Of a DNA stretch of 31,811 bases, positions 29,518 to 31,811 are shown piece after piece; the first letter of the stretch is position 1; every line of letters starts with the position of its first letter. The stretch covers positions 1-31,811 of the forward strand of contig WQUE01000068.1 in assembly GCA_009785885.1 (NCBI GenBank), given 5' to 3'. The position numbers were made by a program, and so were the translations under genes. Source of the stretch: Actinomycetes bacterium. GTDB taxonomy: Bacteria > Actinomycetota > Actinomycetes > Propionibacteriales > Propionibacteriaceae. The notes below the pieces were generated by a model. It made no database searches. It had not been told where the DNA came from and saw only the letters and a list, made by a program, of their open reading frames with translations.

Positions 29518-29964
29518 ATGACGCTCAAGGCGCATCATCTGCGGCCGGCTCCCGGGGCCCACACCCCGAAGACCCGCGTTGGACGCGGCGAGGGCGGGCA
29601 TGGCGGCAAGACGGCCGGCCGCGGCACGAAGGGTAGCGGCGCGCGCAAGAACGTGCCCGCGAACTTCGAGGGCGGCCAGATGCCGATCCACATGCAGATG
29701 CCGAAGCTTCGTGGCTTCTCCAATCCGTTCCGGGTGGCGTACCAGCCGGTCAACCTGGTCAAGCTCGCGGCCTTGTTCCCGCAGGGCGGAACCGTGGGGG
29801 TGGACGACCTGGTCGAACTGGGTGCCGTCCGGGCCGGACGTCTCGTCAAGGTGCTCGGTGACGGCGACCTCGCCGTGAAGCTCGACCTCACGGTCGATGC
29901 CTGTTCGGCGGCGGCGAAGGCCAAGATTGAGGCGGCCGGAGGTTCGGTGACGCTCGGCGAGTGA
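29518..29964 (+). CDS. rplO: 50S ribosomal protein L15
   Basis: [39 protein letters not shown]. Confidence 0.99.
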   Translation: MTLKAHHLRPAPGAHTPKTRVGRGEGGHGGKTAGRGTKGSGARKNVPANFEGGQMPIHMQMPKLRGFSNPFRVAYQPVNLVKLAALFPQGGTVGVDDLVELGAVRAGRLVKVLGDGDLAVKLDLTVDACSAAAKAKIEAAGGSVTLGE

Positions 29965-29985
29965 GCCGGCGGCCGCGTCCGACTC

Positions 29986-30018
29986 GGACGGGGGTGGGCC
30001 ATGGGCTCACCCCCGTTC
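29986..30018 (+). terminator. Strong hairpin after rplO, probable terminator
   Basis: GGACGGGGGTGGGCC-ATG-GGCTCACCCCCGTTC, 15-bp stem with two G-U pairs, followed by ATCATTGTT. Confidence 0.7.
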
Positions 30019-30118
30019 ATCATTGTTCCTTGCCAATGGCGGGTGGGAGGGCCGGCGCTGGCGGCAGGGGGTGCCGGGCGGCTAGGCTGACGTTGGTCTG
30101 CGCGCGAGCCGCGCGCGA

Positions 30119-30191
30119 GGCCCCGTAGCTCAGGGGATAGAGCAGTGGTTTCCTAAACCATGTGTCGGGCGTTCGATTCGCCCCGGGGCCG
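30119..30191 (+). tRNA. tRNA-Arg (anticodon CCT)
   Basis: Cloverleaf: GGCCCCG/CGGGGCC acceptor, GCTC/GAGC D stem, GTGGT-TTCCTAA-ACCAT, GGGCG-TTCGATT-CGCCC. CCA not encoded. Confidence 0.96.
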
Positions 30192-30544
30192 CCGGACGGG
30201 GACTTCGTGCCGTGGGCCGATGGGCCGCCGAATCAACCCGCGCATGGTCTGGTGCATGAAAACGAATCATTCGGTCTTGCTCGTCGTAATGGCAGATTTG
30301 TCCGTCGTATCCGAATTGACCGGAAACAATGCGCTGGTCAGCGCAGAGGCGAGCGAACTTCGCCAGGATCCGGGCAACAAGTTGGGCCAAGTGGTTGATT
30401 CACAGGCATGCAGTCGCTAACATTGATACGAAAGCGGCGCCGCCTGTGGCACGTCTCCTGGGGGTGGGTAGACGGTACACGCCTTACGGGCGGCGTCGCT
30501 TTCGTCGTACCCGCGGTCGGCGTGGCCCGAAGTAGCATGAGGCC

Positions 30545-31657
30545 GTGGACGCGGAGTTCCGGCTGATCGAGGTGCCATCGGGGGCAGACCTGGCTGGGCC
30601 CGCCGCGTGGATGCTTGCGGGCATGGCCGATGTCGAACGGGCGGACAAGCTGGCCGTTTTCGGGCAGGCCGACTTGGCGCGGACGGAGCACCAGTTGGCG
30701 GGGGAGTGGGCGGACTGCCGGTACAGCCGGAAGCGCTGGGTTGTCGCCACCCACGTCGACGCGCCCACCAGGGTGGTCGGTATGGCGCGTCTTGAGCTGC
30801 CCACGTCCGGCAACACCCACCTGGCCGACCTGATGCTCGTCGTCGACCCGGGCTGGCGTCGCGGCGGGCTGGGCGGGCGGCTCCTGGACTGGGCCGAGGC
30901 GACGGCGTTGCAGGCGGGTCGGACCACGTTGCTCACGTATATCGACGCCGGCGTGCCGCTTGAGGGCGGCCCGGTGCTGTCCGCGCCCGAAGGGGGCACG
31001 CTCGCGGGCGACCTGCCGGGCGTGGCGCTGGCCCGTGACCGGGGTTACCGGCTGGAACAGGTGGAGCGGCTGACCGTCCTGGACGTGCCGGTGGGAGCGG
31101 ATGCCCTGGCCCGGGCCGAGGCGCAGGTAGCGGCCCCGCTCGTCGGCTATGAGCTGCACACCTGGGTCGATGGCATCCCGACGGAGTGGCACGGGCGTTA
31201 CGCGGACCTCGTCGCCGAGTTCCTGGCGGCGGCGCCGATGGCCGGCATCGCGGTGGAGACCGAGCCGTGGGACGCAGACCGGCTGAGGGCGCACCTGGAC
31301 AGTGTCCGACGGCAGGGCTTGACCCTGATCGTCACGGCAGCCGAGCACGTCGCGTCCGGACGGCTCGTCGCCTCGAGTGACCTGGCCGGCCACCCCCGGG
31401 GGCTCGATGCGGCCATGCAGGGCATGACCCTGGTGCTGGCCGGCCACCGCGGCCACCGGCTGGGCATGCGGGTCAAGCTGGCGAACCTGCGCACCCTGGC
31501 GCGAGTCCGTCCCGACGTGCGGCGCATCCACACCGGCAATGCGGCCGAGAACGCCCCCATGCTGGCCATCAACGACACCCTGGGCTTCCGGGACGAGGGC
31601 GTTGCGGCCACGTTCCAGAGACGCCTTGCCGCGCCGGACGTGGCCGTGACACGATGA
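30545..31657 (+). CDS. Tandem (two-domain) GNAT-family acetyltransferase
   Basis: VDPGWRRGGLGGRLL (acetyl-CoA motif A) and TLVLAGHRGHRLGMRVKLANL..HTGNAAENAPMLAINDTLGF. TAGCAT -10 lies 6 nt before the GTG, so possibly leaderless. Confidence 0.85.
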   Translation: MDAEFRLIEVPSGADLAGPAAWMLAGMADVERADKLAVFGQADLARTEHQLAGEWADCRYSRKRWVVATHVDAPTRVVGMARLELPTSGNTHLADLMLVVDPGWRRGGLGGRLLDWAEATALQAGRTTLLTYIDAGVPLEGGPVLSAPEGGTLAGDLPGVALARDRGYRLEQVERLTVLDVPVGADALARAEAQVAAPLVGYELHTWVDGIPTEWHGRYADLVAEFLAAAPMAGIAVETEPWDADRLRAHLDSVRRQGLTLIVTAAEHVASGRLVASSDLAGHPRGLDAAMQGMTLVLAGHRGHRLGMRVKLANLRTLARVRPDVRRIHTGNAAENAPMLAINDTLGFRDEGVAATFQRRLAAPDVAVTR

Positions 31658-31737
31658 GGGCCGGCGGCGTGCGCGTCCTCTCGCGACCGCCGATTTCCCC
31701 TGCTTTGGTCCCGCACGGTAGAGTAGCGGATGCTCTT

Positions 31738-31810
31738 GCGCCACTAGCTCAACTGGCAGAGCAGCAGACTCTTAATCTGCGGGTTCAGGGTTCAAGTCCC
31801 TGGTGGCGTA
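31738..31810 (+). tRNA. tRNA-Lys (anticodon CTT)
   Basis: GCGCCAC/GTGGCGT acceptor (G-U first pair), GCTC/GAGC, GCAGA-CTCTTAA-TCTGC, CAGGG-TTCAAGT-CCCTG. The window ends 1 nt later. Confidence 0.96.
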
Positions 31811-31811
31811 C

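Noticed and set aside
30130-30420. Short ORFs downstream of or overlapping tRNA-Arg
   Set aside because: Atypical codon usage, overlap with the tRNA, and no recognisable product.

Overview
High-GC actinobacterial chromosome segment; Propionibacteriaceae-like by r-protein and GltX style, which is an inference. Almost all genes are on the + strand. The order is: the 5' end of a type I restriction subunit gene (hsdR-like) running off the left edge on the - strand; phoH; an inserted, translationally coupled four-gene cassette (2-oxoacid dehydrogenase E1 alpha, E1 beta, free-standing lipoyl domain, FabH-type KAS III; no E2 core or E3); ybeY, a CBS/hemolysin-family gene and era; a cobalamin-dependent ethanolamine utilisation locus (eutL, BMC-like remnant, eutJ, eutA, eutB, eutC, eutE, two small ORFs, eutH) with encapsulation peptides but no intact hexamer or pentamer shell gene; clpS, DUF2017-like, gltX; the S10 and spc r-protein clusters (rpsJ to rplO, L4 with a long C-terminal extension); tRNA-Arg(CCT), a tandem GNAT gene and tRNA-Lys(CTT). 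The best candidates for undescribed biology are the E1/lipoyl/FabH cassette, the shell-deficient eut locus with a structured 5' leader, and one bulged-hairpin RNA motif repeated before rpsJ, rplN and rpsH. All assignments come from motif recognition by eye; no searches or folding programs were run.
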